From the NCBI GenBank assembly GCA_021812145.1, contig JAKAOM010000004.1:1-57885 (forward strand): a stretch of DNA of 57,885 nucleotides, read 5' to 3'. A program made the translations under genes and the position numbers. The notes under the pieces are model-generated. The model saw nothing but the letters and a program-made list of their open reading frames with translations, ran no database searches and was not told the origin of the DNA. Source of the stretch: Candidatus Micrarchaeota archaeon. Lineage in GTDB: Archaea; Micrarchaeota; Micrarchaeia; Norongarragalinales; UBA8480. Positions 27,592 to 36,678 of this stretch are shown piece after piece; position 1 is the stretch's first letter, and each line of letters begins with the position of its first letter.

Positions 27592-28272
27592 ATGGCAGGA
27601 CATGGTAATTCAAGACATTTGAAAAAACTCGCAGCGCCTAAATTCATAAAGGGCGTAAGAGGCTTGTGGGTGAAGAAGCACTCGGCAGGAAAGCACGGAA
27701 AGGACGAGAGCGTTCCAGTTCAACTTCTTCTTGTAAGCGCGGGATTTGCTTCAAACAAGAGGGAAGCGGGAATTGTCTTGAAGGAAGTTCTTATTGACGG
27801 AAGGAAAGTAAAAGATCTTGGATTCCCCGTTGGTCTTATGGACGTGGTTTCAATTCCAAAGCTTTCGGAGAGTTTTGTTGTCTTAAGGGGAAGCAAGGGT
27901 TTTGCTTTGAAAAAGTGCAAGCCTGAATTCAAGTTTGTTAAGGTTTTGAACAAGAAACTAGTCAGTGGGGGCAAGTTCCAGTTGAATCTAAGCGATGGTT
28001 CGAACATTCTTTCGGACGACAAAAAAATTAAAACAAAGGATACGATCAAGCTTGAAATCCCTGTTTTAAAGGTTGCTGCTGTTTTAAACTTAGGCGAAGG
28101 GGCTAATTGTTATATTTTTAAGGGAAAGCATGCTGGAAAGGCGGGTGTTTTGAAGAAAATAATTCCAAGCAGAGTTGGTGCTAAAGCTGTTCTTGAAAGC
28201 GAGGGCAAGGAGCTTATAACCACTGCTTCGTACATCATGGCTGTTGATTCTGGTTTTAAATCGGTGGATTGA
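27592..28272 (+). CDS. rps4e: 30S ribosomal protein eS4
   Basis: HLKKLAAP, DGR...D..FPVGLMDV, QLNL.DG.N and GKHAG motifs. Confidence 0.95.
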   Translation: MAGHGNSRHLKKLAAPKFIKGVRGLWVKKHSAGKHGKDESVPVQLLLVSAGFASNKREAGIVLKEVLIDGRKVKDLGFPVGLMDVVSIPKLSESFVVLRGSKGFALKKCKPEFKFVKVLNKKLVSGGKFQLNLSDGSNILSDDKKIKTKDTIKLEIPVLKVAAVLNLGEGANCYIFKGKHAGKAGVLKKIIPSRVGAKAVLESEGKELITTASYIMAVDSGFKSVD

Positions 28273-28275
28273 AAA

Positions 28276-28770
28276 GTGGTCGTAGTTCTTGAGAAAATTA
28301 CCTTAAACGTCGGGATTGGCAGCGGAGGCGGGGTTAAACTTGAAAACGCTAAAAAGCTTTTGGAGAAGATAACTGAAGTAAAGCCTGTTGCCACAAAGGC
28401 CAAGAAAAGAAACCCTGCGTTCAACATTAGAAAGGGAGATTTGATTGGAGTTAAGGTTACACTAAGAAAGAAGGGTGCTTTGAATGTTTTGAACAAGTGC
28501 CTTGAAGCGGTCAGTTTCAGGCTTCCCGCCTCTTCTTTTGACAACCAAGGAAATTTTTCCTTCGGAGTTCACGAATATATTGAATTGAAGGGCGTAAAAT
28601 ACGATCCTGACCTTGGAATGATAGGATTTGATGTTTGCGCTACTCTTTCAAAACCAGGAAAGAGGGTTGGTTTGAGGAGGATTAAACCTTCTAGAGTTCC
28701 TTTTAAGCAGAGGGTTTCGAAAAAAGAGGCTATGGAGTTTGCAACAAGCCTTGGAGTGGAGGTGTTTTAA
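28276..28770 (+). CDS. rpl5: 50S ribosomal protein uL5
   Basis: [25 protein letters not shown] and YDP..G..GFD motifs; GTG start after GGTGG. Confidence 0.95.
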   Translation: MVVVLEKITLNVGIGSGGGVKLENAKKLLEKITEVKPVATKAKKRNPAFNIRKGDLIGVKVTLRKKGALNVLNKCLEAVSFRLPASSFDNQGNFSFGVHEYIELKGVKYDPDLGMIGFDVCATLSKPGKRVGLRRIKPSRVPFKQRVSKKEAMEFATSLGVEVF

Positions 28771-28772
28771 AA

Positions 28773-28943
28773 TTGGGAGATAAAAAAAAGCAGAGTTTTG
28801 ACTTGAAGTTCAAGAAGAAAGGAAAAAGAAAATGCAGATTTTGCGGAAACGCAAAAGGCTTGATCAGAAAGTACGGACTTTACGTTTGCAGAAGATGCTT
28901 CAGGGAGAAAGGAAAGGAGATGGGTTTTCAGCAGTACATGTGA
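28773..28943 (+). CDS. rps14: 30S ribosomal protein uS14 (Zn-binding, 56 aa)
   Basis: Not in the ORF track. TTG start after GAGGTG; translates to [56 protein letters not shown]. Confidence 0.95.
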   Translation: MGDKKKQSFDLKFKKKGKRKCRFCGNAKGLIRKYGLYVCRRCFREKGKEMGFQQYM

Positions 28944-28949
28944 TTTAAA

Positions 28950-29318
28950 ATGAATTTAAGCGATTGTTTGAACAATATTAAAGTAGGGGAGTTGAAGGGC
29001 CAGAGGCAGGTAACCATAAGGCATGACTCCAAAGTTTTGAGAAGCGTTCTTGAAATTATAAAAGAGAACGGTTTTATAAGCGATTTCAAGTTTTCAGGAA
29101 AAGGCTGTGTTGTTACCTTGAATGGTAAAATAAATAACATAAGCGCGATTTCACCAAGGTTTCCAGTCGGATACAAAAAGTGGGAGGAGTTTGAGCAGAG
29201 ATTCCTTCCTTCAGCGACTGAGGGTTTGATAATAGTAAGCACTCCAAAGGGAATTAAAACGCACGTTCAAGCCAAGGCTGACCGCGAAGGCGGAGTTCTT
29301 CTGGCTTTTGTTTATTGA
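28950..29318 (+). CDS. rps8: 30S ribosomal protein uS8
   Basis: L.GKIN...AISPRF, E..FLP and IVSTPKG.KTH...GG.LLAFVY motifs. Confidence 0.95.
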   Translation: MNLSDCLNNIKVGELKGQRQVTIRHDSKVLRSVLEIIKENGFISDFKFSGKGCVVTLNGKINNISAISPRFPVGYKKWEEFEQRFLPSATEGLIIVSTPKGIKTHVQAKADREGGVLLAFVY

Positions 29319-29332
29319 GGTTTTGATATTTT

Positions 29333-29857
29333 ATGGACAAGTTTGAAATTGCTTTGCCTGAAGGGGTTAAAGCCGAGACAAAAATCGGCGAGATAGTGTT
29401 AAGCTCCGGAAGTTTTTCAAAGGCGATAAAGTTTAACGAAAAAGTAATAGCTGTTTCACTTGTTGGAAGCACTCTTAATTTAAGTCTGAAAGGCAAGGAA
29501 AGACGCAAAAGCGTGGCTTTTCTGCATTCAGTAAGGGCGCATGTTTTGAAGGCATTCCAGGGTTTTAAAGAGCCTTTTGTAAAAACGCTTGAAGTTGTTT
29601 ACGCTCACTTTCCAGTCAACATAGAAGTCAAGAAGGAGGAAGTGTTGATTAAGAATTTTCTTGGAGAGAGGATTCCTCGAGTGGCTAGAATAATGCCTGG
29701 GGTGGAGGTTAAGGTTGAAGGCCAGAAGATAACCGTCAAGGGTTTTGACAAGGACGGAGTGGGTCAGACTGCCAGCAATATTGTGAAGAGCGTCAAGATC
29801 AAAAACAAAGATATAAGAGTTTTTCAAGATGGTGTTTACTATGTTCAAACTACCTAA
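29333..29857 (+). CDS. rpl6: 50S ribosomal protein uL6
   Basis: YAHFP, NFLGE..PR, VGQTA.NI and D.RVFQDG.Y motifs. Confidence 0.95.
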   Translation: MDKFEIALPEGVKAETKIGEIVLSSGSFSKAIKFNEKVIAVSLVGSTLNLSLKGKERRKSVAFLHSVRAHVLKAFQGFKEPFVKTLEVVYAHFPVNIEVKKEEVLIKNFLGERIPRVARIMPGVEVKVEGQKITVKGFDKDGVGQTASNIVKSVKIKNKDIRVFQDGVYYVQTT

Positions 29858-30164
29858 GTTTAAAAGACAGAATTCAAAGGCAAAGAAAAGGATCAGGACA
29901 GGGTGGAGAAAGCCTAGAGGAATTGACAACAAGCTTAGGGAGAGAAAGAAAGGCTTTGGCTACATGCCTTCCGCAGGTTACAGAACTGAAAAAAAAATCA
30001 GAAACACTCGCGGAGGAGTGGTTTTGGGCTTGGTTCGCAATTTCAAGGAGCTTGAATCCATGAAGGGCAAGAGTGTTTTCATAGGCAGCGCGGTAGGCAA
30101 GAAGAAAAGAATCGTGTTGATTCAAAAAGCAAGGGAGCTTGGAATTAAGGTGTTGAATGAATGA
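29841..30164 (+). CDS. rpl32e: 50S ribosomal protein eL32
   Basis: PKFKRQ, WRKPRGIDNK, P..GYR and VG.KKR motifs. Alternative start is ATG 29829. Confidence 0.95.
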   Translation: MFKLPKFKRQNSKAKKRIRTGWRKPRGIDNKLRERKKGFGYMPSAGYRTEKKIRNTRGGVVLGLVRNFKELESMKGKSVFIGSAVGKKKRIVLIQKARELGIKVLNE

Positions 30165-30583
30165 GCGTTGAAACAGTCAGAAGAGTTGCCGCAAGAATTT
30201 GGGGAATTGGTTCGAGCAGGGTTAGAATTCTTGACGAGAAAAAGGCAAGGGAAGCGCTTACAAGCGAAGACGTTAAGAATTTAATGAGGCAGGGTTTGGT
30301 GATCAAGAAAGCAAAGAAAGGAGTAAGCAGAGGCAGGGCTAGAATCAAAATCTTCAGAAAAAAAATGGGAAGAGGCCGTGGCGAGGGAAGCAGAAAGGGA
30401 ACTAAAAACGCGGTTAAAAGCCTAAAGCAAAGATGGGTTGAAAAAGTAAGAAGCCAGCGCGACTTCATAAAGAAGAACAAGCAGAAGCTCGGAGTCAACT
30501 ACAGAAAGGCGTACAAGCTGGTGAAGGGAAATTTTTTCAGGGACAAGAAACATTTGAAAAGTTTTATTGAAAGTTTGAAGTGA
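30161..30583 (+). CDS. rpl19e: 50S ribosomal protein eL19
   Basis: RR.AA...G.G..RV, SRGRAR, GRGRG.GSRKG and Y...KG..F motifs. Confidence 0.95.
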   Translation: MSVETVRRVAARIWGIGSSRVRILDEKKAREALTSEDVKNLMRQGLVIKKAKKGVSRGRARIKIFRKKMGRGRGEGSRKGTKNAVKSLKQRWVEKVRSQRDFIKKNKQKLGVNYRKAYKLVKGNFFRDKKHLKSFIESLK

Positions 30584-30593
30584 GTTTAAATCC

Positions 30594-31070
30594 ATGAGTT
30601 TCAAAAATTATAAAAGAAGAAGAGAAGGAAAGACCGACTACGCTAAAAGGCTTGAAATGCTTAAAAGCAGGCAGCCTAGGCTAGTGGTTAGAAAAAGCAA
30701 CAAGTGCGTGATTGTTCAGGTTGTCGAGTTTGGAGAGAAAGGAGACAAAACCCTTGCCTGCGCAAACTCCTTTGACCTGGGCAAATTCGGGTTCAAGGGC
30801 GCTTGCAATTCACCTTCAGCCTACCTGGTTGGCTTTCTTGCTGGTAAAAGAGCGTTGAAAAAAGGAGTAAAGACTTTCATTGCCGACATAGGCTTGAACA
30901 CTCCTTCCAAGGGAAGCGTTGTTTTTTCGGCTGTTAAAGGCGCACTAGATGCTGGTCTTGGAGGAAAGATGGGTGATGTGGCTGATTTAAAAAGGATAGA
31001 AGGCAAGCATTTAAGCAGTGAAGTGCAGGGAAGTTTTGCAGATGCTAAGAAAAAAATAGAGGTTGATTGA
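30594..31070 (+). CDS. rpl18: 50S ribosomal protein uL18
   Basis: RRREGKTDY..R, PRLVVRKSN, AYLVG and KGA.DAGL motifs. Confidence 0.95.
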   Translation: MSFKNYKRRREGKTDYAKRLEMLKSRQPRLVVRKSNKCVIVQVVEFGEKGDKTLACANSFDLGKFGFKGACNSPSAYLVGFLAGKRALKKGVKTFIADIGLNTPSKGSVVFSAVKGALDAGLGGKMGDVADLKRIEGKHLSSEVQGSFADAKKKIEVD

Positions 31071-31689
31071 TATTTTGGATTGGAACGCTAAAACAGAGTT
31101 GGGTCGGGATGTTGCCGCAGGCAAGGTCAAGAGTTTTGACGAAGTCGTAAGAAGCGGCAGGAAGATTTTGGAGAACGAAATTATAGACGCTCTTCTCCCT
31201 GCTCTTGATGATGAAGTGGTTGAGGTTACAAGCACTCAAAGAATGACTGCCAGCGGCAGGAAAATGCTTATGAGAGCGGTAGTTATCGTGGGAGACAGGA
31301 ATGGTCATGTTGGTTACGGGATTGGAAAGGGGGTTGAAACCAAAACTGCGATTGCCAGCGCGATTCAGAACGCTAAGAGAAACATCGTTAGCGCTGTTTT
31401 AGGCTGTGGGTCGTGGGAGTGCGGTTGCGGCAAGGGGCATTCTCTTCCGAGAACAGTCAAGGGAAAAAGCGGGGACACAGAAATTGTTTTAATACCTGCG
31501 CCAAGAGGGACGGGAATAGTTGCTGGTGCGGTTTCGAAAAAAGTATTGGTGCTTGCCGGATTCAAGGACGTTTGGAGCAAGAGCAAGGGCAGGACAAGGA
31601 ACGTTTTGAATCTTGTAAGGGCTACAATAAAAGCTTTGAATTCTTTAAATCAACTTAAAGGCGAATTGAAAAATGTTAGTGTTAGTTAG
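31063..31689 (+). CDS. rps5: 30S ribosomal protein uS5
   Basis: W..KT.LG, QRMT.SGR, GCGSWECGCG..HS and PAPRG.G motifs; TTG start. Confidence 0.95.
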   Translation: MIDILDWNAKTELGRDVAAGKVKSFDEVVRSGRKILENEIIDALLPALDDEVVEVTSTQRMTASGRKMLMRAVVIVGDRNGHVGYGIGKGVETKTAIASAIQNAKRNIVSAVLGCGSWECGCGKGHSLPRTVKGKSGDTEIVLIPAPRGTGIVAGAVSKKVLVLAGFKDVWSKSKGRTRNVLNLVRATIKALNSLNQLKGELKNVSVS

Positions 31690-31996
31690 AATTAAGGGAA
31701 AGATAACAATACCTGTTAACTCAGAGAAGATTTTGGACAGCTTTGGCTTGAACAGAAAATTCAATGCAATATTATTGGACGACAACGAGGATAACCAAAA
31801 GAAAATAAAGTCGATAAAGGATTTTGTTCTTGCAGGAGTTGCTTCAGACAAGATAATTGAAAAATTCAAGGGTGCTAAATTATTGAGACTTCACCCTCCT
31901 GTCAAGGGTTTCAAGGCCAGCGTTAAAAAGCCGTTTCCAAGAGGAGTGCTAGGCTTTAATAAGAACGCTAGCGAGATTGTAGAGAGGATGATTTGA
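31673..31996 (+). CDS. rpl30: 50S ribosomal protein uL30 (short, 107 aa)
   Basis: VRIKG, RLHPP.KGF and G.LG...I..RMI motifs. Confidence 0.9.
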   Translation: MLVLVRIKGKITIPVNSEKILDSFGLNRKFNAILLDDNEDNQKKIKSIKDFVLAGVASDKIIEKFKGAKLLRLHPPVKGFKASVKKPFPRGVLGFNKNASEIVERMI

Positions 31997-32000
31997 ATTT

Positions 32001-32387
32001 ATGGCTAGACATTTGAAGAAGAAGAGCAGAAAATATTTGGGAAACAGGAACCACGGAGGTGGCAACGCTAAAAACAGAAGAGGCAAAGGCAATAGGGGAG
32101 GGGTTGGAAACGCCGGAAAACTTAAGCACAAATGGTTTCACACAATAAAATTCGAACTTGAAGCAATAAGAAAAAACAGGAAGGGTTTTTACAGAAGAAA
32201 ACCCTGGGTTAAGATAGTAAGGCTTTCCGAAATTGCAGTTTCAGGCAAGAGCGAGTTTGAACTTGCTAAAGCAAAGGTTATTGGAAGTTTTGACTTGAAG
32301 AGGCCAATAACAGTCAAGGCTTCGGGCTTTTCAGAGGGTGCAAAAAGCAGCATTGAAAGCGCGGGCGGCAAGGCTGTAGTGATTTGA
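32001..32387 (+). CDS. rpl15: 50S ribosomal protein uL15
   Basis: G.R.HGGG..KNRRG.G.RGG.G.AG..KH and FS..A...IE.AGG motifs. Confidence 0.95.
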   Translation: MARHLKKKSRKYLGNRNHGGGNAKNRRGKGNRGGVGNAGKLKHKWFHTIKFELEAIRKNRKGFYRRKPWVKIVRLSEIAVSGKSEFELAKAKVIGSFDLKRPITVKASGFSEGAKSSIESAGGKAVVI

Positions 32388-32390
32388 GAA

Positions 32391-33848
32391 ATGATAAAAG
32401 AGATTGCCAACCTGATTCCGGATATTAGAGCGCCGGAAGTTCCTGTTGGCTTGAAGGAAAAGCTTTACTGGACTGGAATTGTTCTAGTCGTATTTTTCGT
32501 TTTAGGTCAGATATACCCAATTGGAGTAAGCTTTCAGGGAGTCAACAGCCAAATACAGCTTCTTCAGGTTTTGCTTGGAAGCAGCATTGGAAGCTTGACC
32601 ACTCTTGGAATCGGGCCTATTGTATTCGCATCTATAATTCTTCAGCTTGCGGTTGGAACAGGCCTGCTCGGCATTGACACTTCCACTGAAGAAGGCAAGC
32701 AGCATTTCCAGAGCATTCAGAAACTTATGATTGTTGCCCTGGCTTTTATTGAAGGAGTTATTTTCGTTTTGAACAGTCAGCTTGTACCTGTCCTGGGAGT
32801 GGTTTCAGGAACCGCTCCTTTGTTCGGCAGTGTTTTACTGACACAGCTTATAGTCATAATCCAAATAGCTTTTGGTGCTATTCTTGTTATGTTTTTGGAC
32901 GAGCTTGTCCAAAAGTACGGGATTGGAAGCGGTGTTTCGCTTTTCATAGTTGCGGGCGTTGCGCTTCAGGTTTTCGTAGGAGTTTTCAGCATTTCAACAA
33001 ACGCCGGAATTCCGGTTGGATTGATTCCTCAAAGCATTTACTATCTAATTCAGGGAAGCATAAGCACGGCCGTCTGGGTTTTAGTTCCTTTATTCTTTAC
33101 CATAATCGTCTTCCTTGTAACAGTTTATCTTGAGGGAATGAAAATAGAACTTCCCTTAACCTATGGAATGGCAAGGGGTTTGGGCGCAAGGTATCCCATA
33201 AAGTTTCTGTACGTTTCAGTAATGCCGGTTATTCTTGCATTCGCGGTTATTTTTGATTTTCAATTGATTGGAGGTTTACTTGCAAGCCACGGCTTTACCC
33301 TTCTGGGAGTCTTCTCGCAGGGAGTTCCGGTTCAAAGCCTGAGCCTTTCTTACATGCTTTCCAGCTTTCCATCTCCCCTTTTGATGCCTGGCGGCTATTC
33401 GTCTTATCTTTCGTTTTTGACAAGCAGCGTTCCAGTGGTTTTGTTTGGAAATTCAATGACTATTCCTCTTGAACTGATTCACATAATAATTTATGGATTG
33501 GTTTTGGTTTTGCTTTGCGTTGTCTTCGGCTGGTTCTGGATTGAAACAACCGGCATGAGTTCAAAGGACGTTGCCGGTCAGTTGATGAATTCAGGCCTTC
33601 AGATTCCTGGTTTCAGGCAGGATCCAAGAGTTATAGAAAAAGTTTTGGACAGGTATATTCCAATAATAACCGTTCTTGGAAGCGTCACAGTGGGAGTTTT
33701 GGCTTGGTTTGCTCAGATAACCGGCGCTCTTGGAACAGGAATAGGTATTCTTCTGGCGGTTGGAATAACCTATCAATTTTACGAACAGCTTGTAAAAGAC
33801 GAGTTGTTTGAGATATACCCGACTCTTGAAAAATTTGTTAAAAGGTAA
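32391..33848 (+). CDS. secY: Protein translocase subunit SecY
   Basis: LGIGPIV.ASIILQL, DE...KYGIGSGVSLFI, YPIKFLY.S.MP, QIPGFR and GTG.GILL motifs. Confidence 0.97.
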   Translation: MIKEIANLIPDIRAPEVPVGLKEKLYWTGIVLVVFFVLGQIYPIGVSFQGVNSQIQLLQVLLGSSIGSLTTLGIGPIVFASIILQLAVGTGLLGIDTSTEEGKQHFQSIQKLMIVALAFIEGVIFVLNSQLVPVLGVVSGTAPLFGSVLLTQLIVIIQIAFGAILVMFLDELVQKYGIGSGVSLFIVAGVALQVFVGVFSISTNAGIPVGLIPQSIYYLIQGSISTAVWVLVPLFFTIIVFLVTVYLEGMKIELPLTYGMARGLGARYPIKFLYVSVMPVILAFAVIFDFQLIGGLLASHGFTLLGVFSQGVPVQSLSLSYMLSSFPSPLLMPGGYSSYLSFLTSSVPVVLFGNSMTIPLELIHIIIYGLVLVLLCVVFGWFWIETTGMSSKDVAGQLMNSGLQIPGFRQDPRVIEKVLDRYIPIITVLGSVTVGVLAWFAQITGALGTGIGILLAVGITYQFYEQLVKDELFEIYPTLEKFVKR

Positions 33849-33856
33849 GTAAAAAA

Positions 33857-34369
33857 ATGGTTTTCGCTTTTGAATGGCAGGAGCTCGTAACAGTTTCGGT
33901 AGTTTTTGCTTTCATATCATTTTTCATAAACAGCAAGCTCGGGGAGAGAAAAAAGGCAAGGGGAATACAGAAGGAGGTTCAGGCTTTTCAGAAAAAACTG
34001 ATGGAAGCGACCAGAAAGAACGACGAGGCTGAGCTGAAGAAGCTTGACGCCGAGCAGAAACAGATGATGTCTAAAATGCAGGAGATGCTTCTGCTGCCCT
34101 TTAAACCGCTCATAGTTATTCTTCCGCTGTTTTTTATAGTCATAGCGCTGGTTCAATCCTATTTTGCAGGGTTTCTGATTCAACTGCCTATAGCGCTGCA
34201 TTTGAACGAGATTTTTGCGCTTCGCATTCTTCAGAGCAGCATTTACGGGCCGAGGGGTTTTTTCATTTTAACCGCTGCTGTTGTGGCTTTTATACTTGAA
34301 ATTGTTTATCTTAAAATAGAGGGTAAGTTTGATAAAAAGGTGATTTTAAATGGTAGCTCCAAGACTTAG
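33857..34369 (+). CDS. EMC3/TMCO1 (DUF106, Oxa1-superfamily) membrane protein
   Basis: TM helix, coiled coil, FKP....LP, then further TM helices; conserved position after secY. Confidence 0.85.
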   Translation: MVFAFEWQELVTVSVVFAFISFFINSKLGERKKARGIQKEVQAFQKKLMEATRKNDEAELKKLDAEQKQMMSKMQEMLLLPFKPLIVILPLFFIVIALVQSYFAGFLIQLPIALHLNEIFALRILQSSIYGPRGFFILTAAVVAFILEIVYLKIEGKFDKKVILNGSSKT

Positions 34370-34664
34370 AAGCAGAAGCGTAAAGAAGAAATTTGTTAAG
34401 GGTGGAAGGTTCATTACAAAGCAAAAGAAGCCTTCAAGGGCGGTTTGCGGTTTGTGCGGAGCAGTCCTTTCAGGCGTTCCTTCAAGGGGCGTTTACGAGT
34501 TGTCAAAGCTTCCTAAGGTAAAGAGAAGGCCTTCTAGGGTTTTCGGGGGAGTCTTATGCGCTTCGTGTGCTCAGAGGCTTTTGATTGAAAAGGCTAGGCT
34601 GAAGAAAGGAGTTTTAGCTAGGGATCAGATTCCTGTTTCGCACTTGAAGTTCTTGAAAGTTTAA
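34350..34664 (+). CDS. rpl34e: 50S ribosomal protein eL34
   Basis: P.LRSRS, C..CG..L.GVP and RP.R.FGG.LC..C motifs. Confidence 0.94.
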   Translation: MVAPRLRSRSVKKKFVKGGRFITKQKKPSRAVCGLCGAVLSGVPSRGVYELSKLPKVKRRPSRVFGGVLCASCAQRLLIEKARLKKGVLARDQIPVSHLKFLKV

Positions 34665-34670
34665 TTTTTC

Positions 34671-35243
34671 ATGAAAATCGTTATTTCTGGTTTGAGCGGT
34701 TGCGGCGCAACTACCGTTTCAAGGCTGGTAAGCGAAAAGCTGAAGCTAAAAAACGTAAACTATACTTTCAGGAATCTTGCGGTTGATTCTGGTCTTGATT
34801 TCAAATACGTGCAGGAGAATGCTCTCGTAAATGGTTTTGACTTTGAGCTTGACTCGAAACTTTTAAAGCTTGCTAAAGGCGATTTTGTTCTAGCTTCAAG
34901 GCTGGCGTGCTGGCTAAGTGATTATAATCTTAGCGTTTGGCTTGAAGCAGGCGTTGAAACAAGGGCGAGAAGAATAGCTGCGAGGGAGAAAAAAAGCTTC
35001 AATATAATTTTGAAAGAAACGATAAAGAGGGACAACCAGAATGTTGAACGGTATAAAAAAATTTACGGTTTGAATATTCTTGACCATTCTTTTGTCGACT
35101 TGACCATAAACGTGGAAAGGATAACTGCCTGGCAGGCCGCTGAAATTATAGCAAATTCTTGCGGAAAGCTTAAGTTGGTTAAAAACAATTTCTCGCATAA
35201 AATAGAAGTAAAGCTCAAAAAAAATTCAAGGGGGAGTGTTTAA
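34671..35243 (+). CDS. cmk: Cytidylate kinase (archaeal type)
   Basis: ISGLSGCG.TT P-loop, FR..A, D..LD, SRLA.W, RA.RI..RE and RY...YG motifs. Confidence 0.9.
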   Translation: MKIVISGLSGCGATTVSRLVSEKLKLKNVNYTFRNLAVDSGLDFKYVQENALVNGFDFELDSKLLKLAKGDFVLASRLACWLSDYNLSVWLEAGVETRARRIAAREKKSFNIILKETIKRDNQNVERYKKIYGLNILDHSFVDLTINVERITAWQAAEIIANSCGKLKLVKNNFSHKIEVKLKKNSRGSV

Positions 35244-35304
35244 AAATTTAAACATTTTAAATATTATCAAATTCTTTTAGTAATTATCAAGAGGTGTTTT
35301 TAGA

Positions 35305-35466
35305 ATGAGTGCTATTAAAGTTGGAAGAAAATGTGTTTTAACAAGAGGAAGAAGGGCGGGAACTGAAGTTGAAATAACGGAAGTTTTAGACTCTAATTTT
35401 GTAAAGGTTAAGGATTCAAAGGGGAAAGCGAGAAAGGCTAACATTTCCCATCTAGAGCCACTGTAA
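35305..35466 (+). CDS. rpl14e: 50S ribosomal protein eL14 (minimal, 53 aa)
   Basis: Not in the ORF track. Translates to MSAIKVGRKCVLTRGRRAGTEVEITEVLDSNFVKVKDSKGKARKANISHLEPL; SD GAGGTG; lies between cmk and cbf5. Confidence 0.92.
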   Translation: MSAIKVGRKCVLTRGRRAGTEVEITEVLDSNFVKVKDSKGKARKANISHLEPL

Positions 35467-35470
35467 AAAA

Positions 35471-36391
35471 ATGATAAAACTGCTTGATGAAAAATTTGAA
35501 AAGGGCGTTAAACCCTCTGAGCGCAGCGTTGAAGAAAAGCTTAGATTCGGGTTGCTGGTGGTGGACAAACCCATAGGACCCACAAGTCATGAAACCGCTA
35601 GCTTTGTCAAGAAAATTCTTAATCTAAGCAAGACTGGCCACACTGGAACTCTTGACTTCAACGTTTCAGGAGTCTTGGTGGTTCTTCTTGAAAATTCCTG
35701 CAAGACGGCTGTTTTGTTTAAAAATCATGAAAAAACCTATTTTGGCGTTTTCGAACTTGGGAAGGACTTGGACGAGGACAAGATAAAAGAAGCTATGACT
35801 TTTTTTGTGGGGGAGATTTACCAGAAGCCTCCTCTTGCCAGCGCGGTGGCAAAGAAGCTCAGAACTAGGAAAGTATACGAATTTGAATTTCTTGAAAAAA
35901 GAGGCGTCAAAGTTTTATTCAAGGCTAGAGTTGATGCCGGAACTTATATCAGAACTCTTTGTTTTCATGTAGGCGAATTTTTGGGTGTTGGCGCTGAAAT
36001 GATTGAACTTAGAAGAACCGAAAGCGGGGTTTTCACAGAAAAACAATCAGTTATTCTTCAAAAACTTGTGGATTCCCAATGGCTTTACCTGCAGGGGAAG
36101 CCTGAATTTCTAGACAGGCTTGTTTTGAACGTTGAGGACGCTTTGAATCTTATGAAAGTAAAAAGAGTAGTTGCCAGCGATTACGCGCTTCACTCAATCT
36201 CAACAGGAGCTAATCTTGCAATACCAGGTATTGTAGAAATGGATGATTTTGAAAAGGGTGAAACCGTAGGCATTTTCACAGGCAAAGGCGAGATTGTGTG
36301 CATTGGAAAAACGCTTATGAGTTCTGCGGAGATTTCTAAATTGAAAAAGGGCATTGCAATAGATATCGAACGGGTAGTGCACGCTTTTTGA
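35471..36391 (+). CDS. cbf5: H/ACA RNA-guided pseudouridine synthase Cbf5
   Basis: DKP.GPTSH, GHTGTLD (catalytic Asp), YQKPP..SAV, GTYIRTLC and ELRRT.SG motifs; PUA domain. Confidence 0.95.
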   Translation: MIKLLDEKFEKGVKPSERSVEEKLRFGLLVVDKPIGPTSHETASFVKKILNLSKTGHTGTLDFNVSGVLVVLLENSCKTAVLFKNHEKTYFGVFELGKDLDEDKIKEAMTFFVGEIYQKPPLASAVAKKLRTRKVYEFEFLEKRGVKVLFKARVDAGTYIRTLCFHVGEFLGVGAEMIELRRTESGVFTEKQSVILQKLVDSQWLYLQGKPEFLDRLVLNVEDALNLMKVKRVVASDYALHSISTGANLAIPGIVEMDDFEKGETVGIFTGKGEIVCIGKTLMSSAEISKLKKGIAIDIERVVHAF

Positions 36392-36399
36392 ATTTTAGT

Positions 36400-36678
36400 T
36401 TATTTTTTTTCGTTTATCTCTTTTTGCTTGTATAATTTTTTAGCGTTTTCAACTTCCTCTATCTTTAACGGGTATGTTCTGTAATCCGAGTAGGATATTT
36501 TCAAGTTAGGGTTTTTGAATTGTTTTTTCAATTCCTTTATTTGTTCCCCTGATATTGTTTTAAGCGCCATAACCGCACCGCAGCTTTTGCAGTTCATCCA
36601 CAACGCTTCATGATTCCAGAATTGTTTGTACCCGCAGTTACCGCAGGCGATTATAGTTATTTTATTTGTTTCTGTCAT
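36400..36678 (-). CDS. Zinc-ribbon protein, function unknown
   Basis: CGNCG...CKSCG; 4-nt overlap with the pgk stop. Confidence 0.7.
   Translation of the reverse strand: MTETNKITIIACGNCGYKQFWNHEALWMNCKSCGAVMALKTISGEQIKELKKQFKNPNLKISYSDYRTYPLKIEEVENAKKLYKQKEINEKK

Noticed and set aside
28270..28278. eS4 and uL5 are in frame and separated only by TGA-AAA, suggesting a readthrough fusion
   Set aside because: eS4 ends near its normal position, and GGTGG lies at SD distance from the uL5 GTG. In-frame adjacency occurs by chance one time in three.
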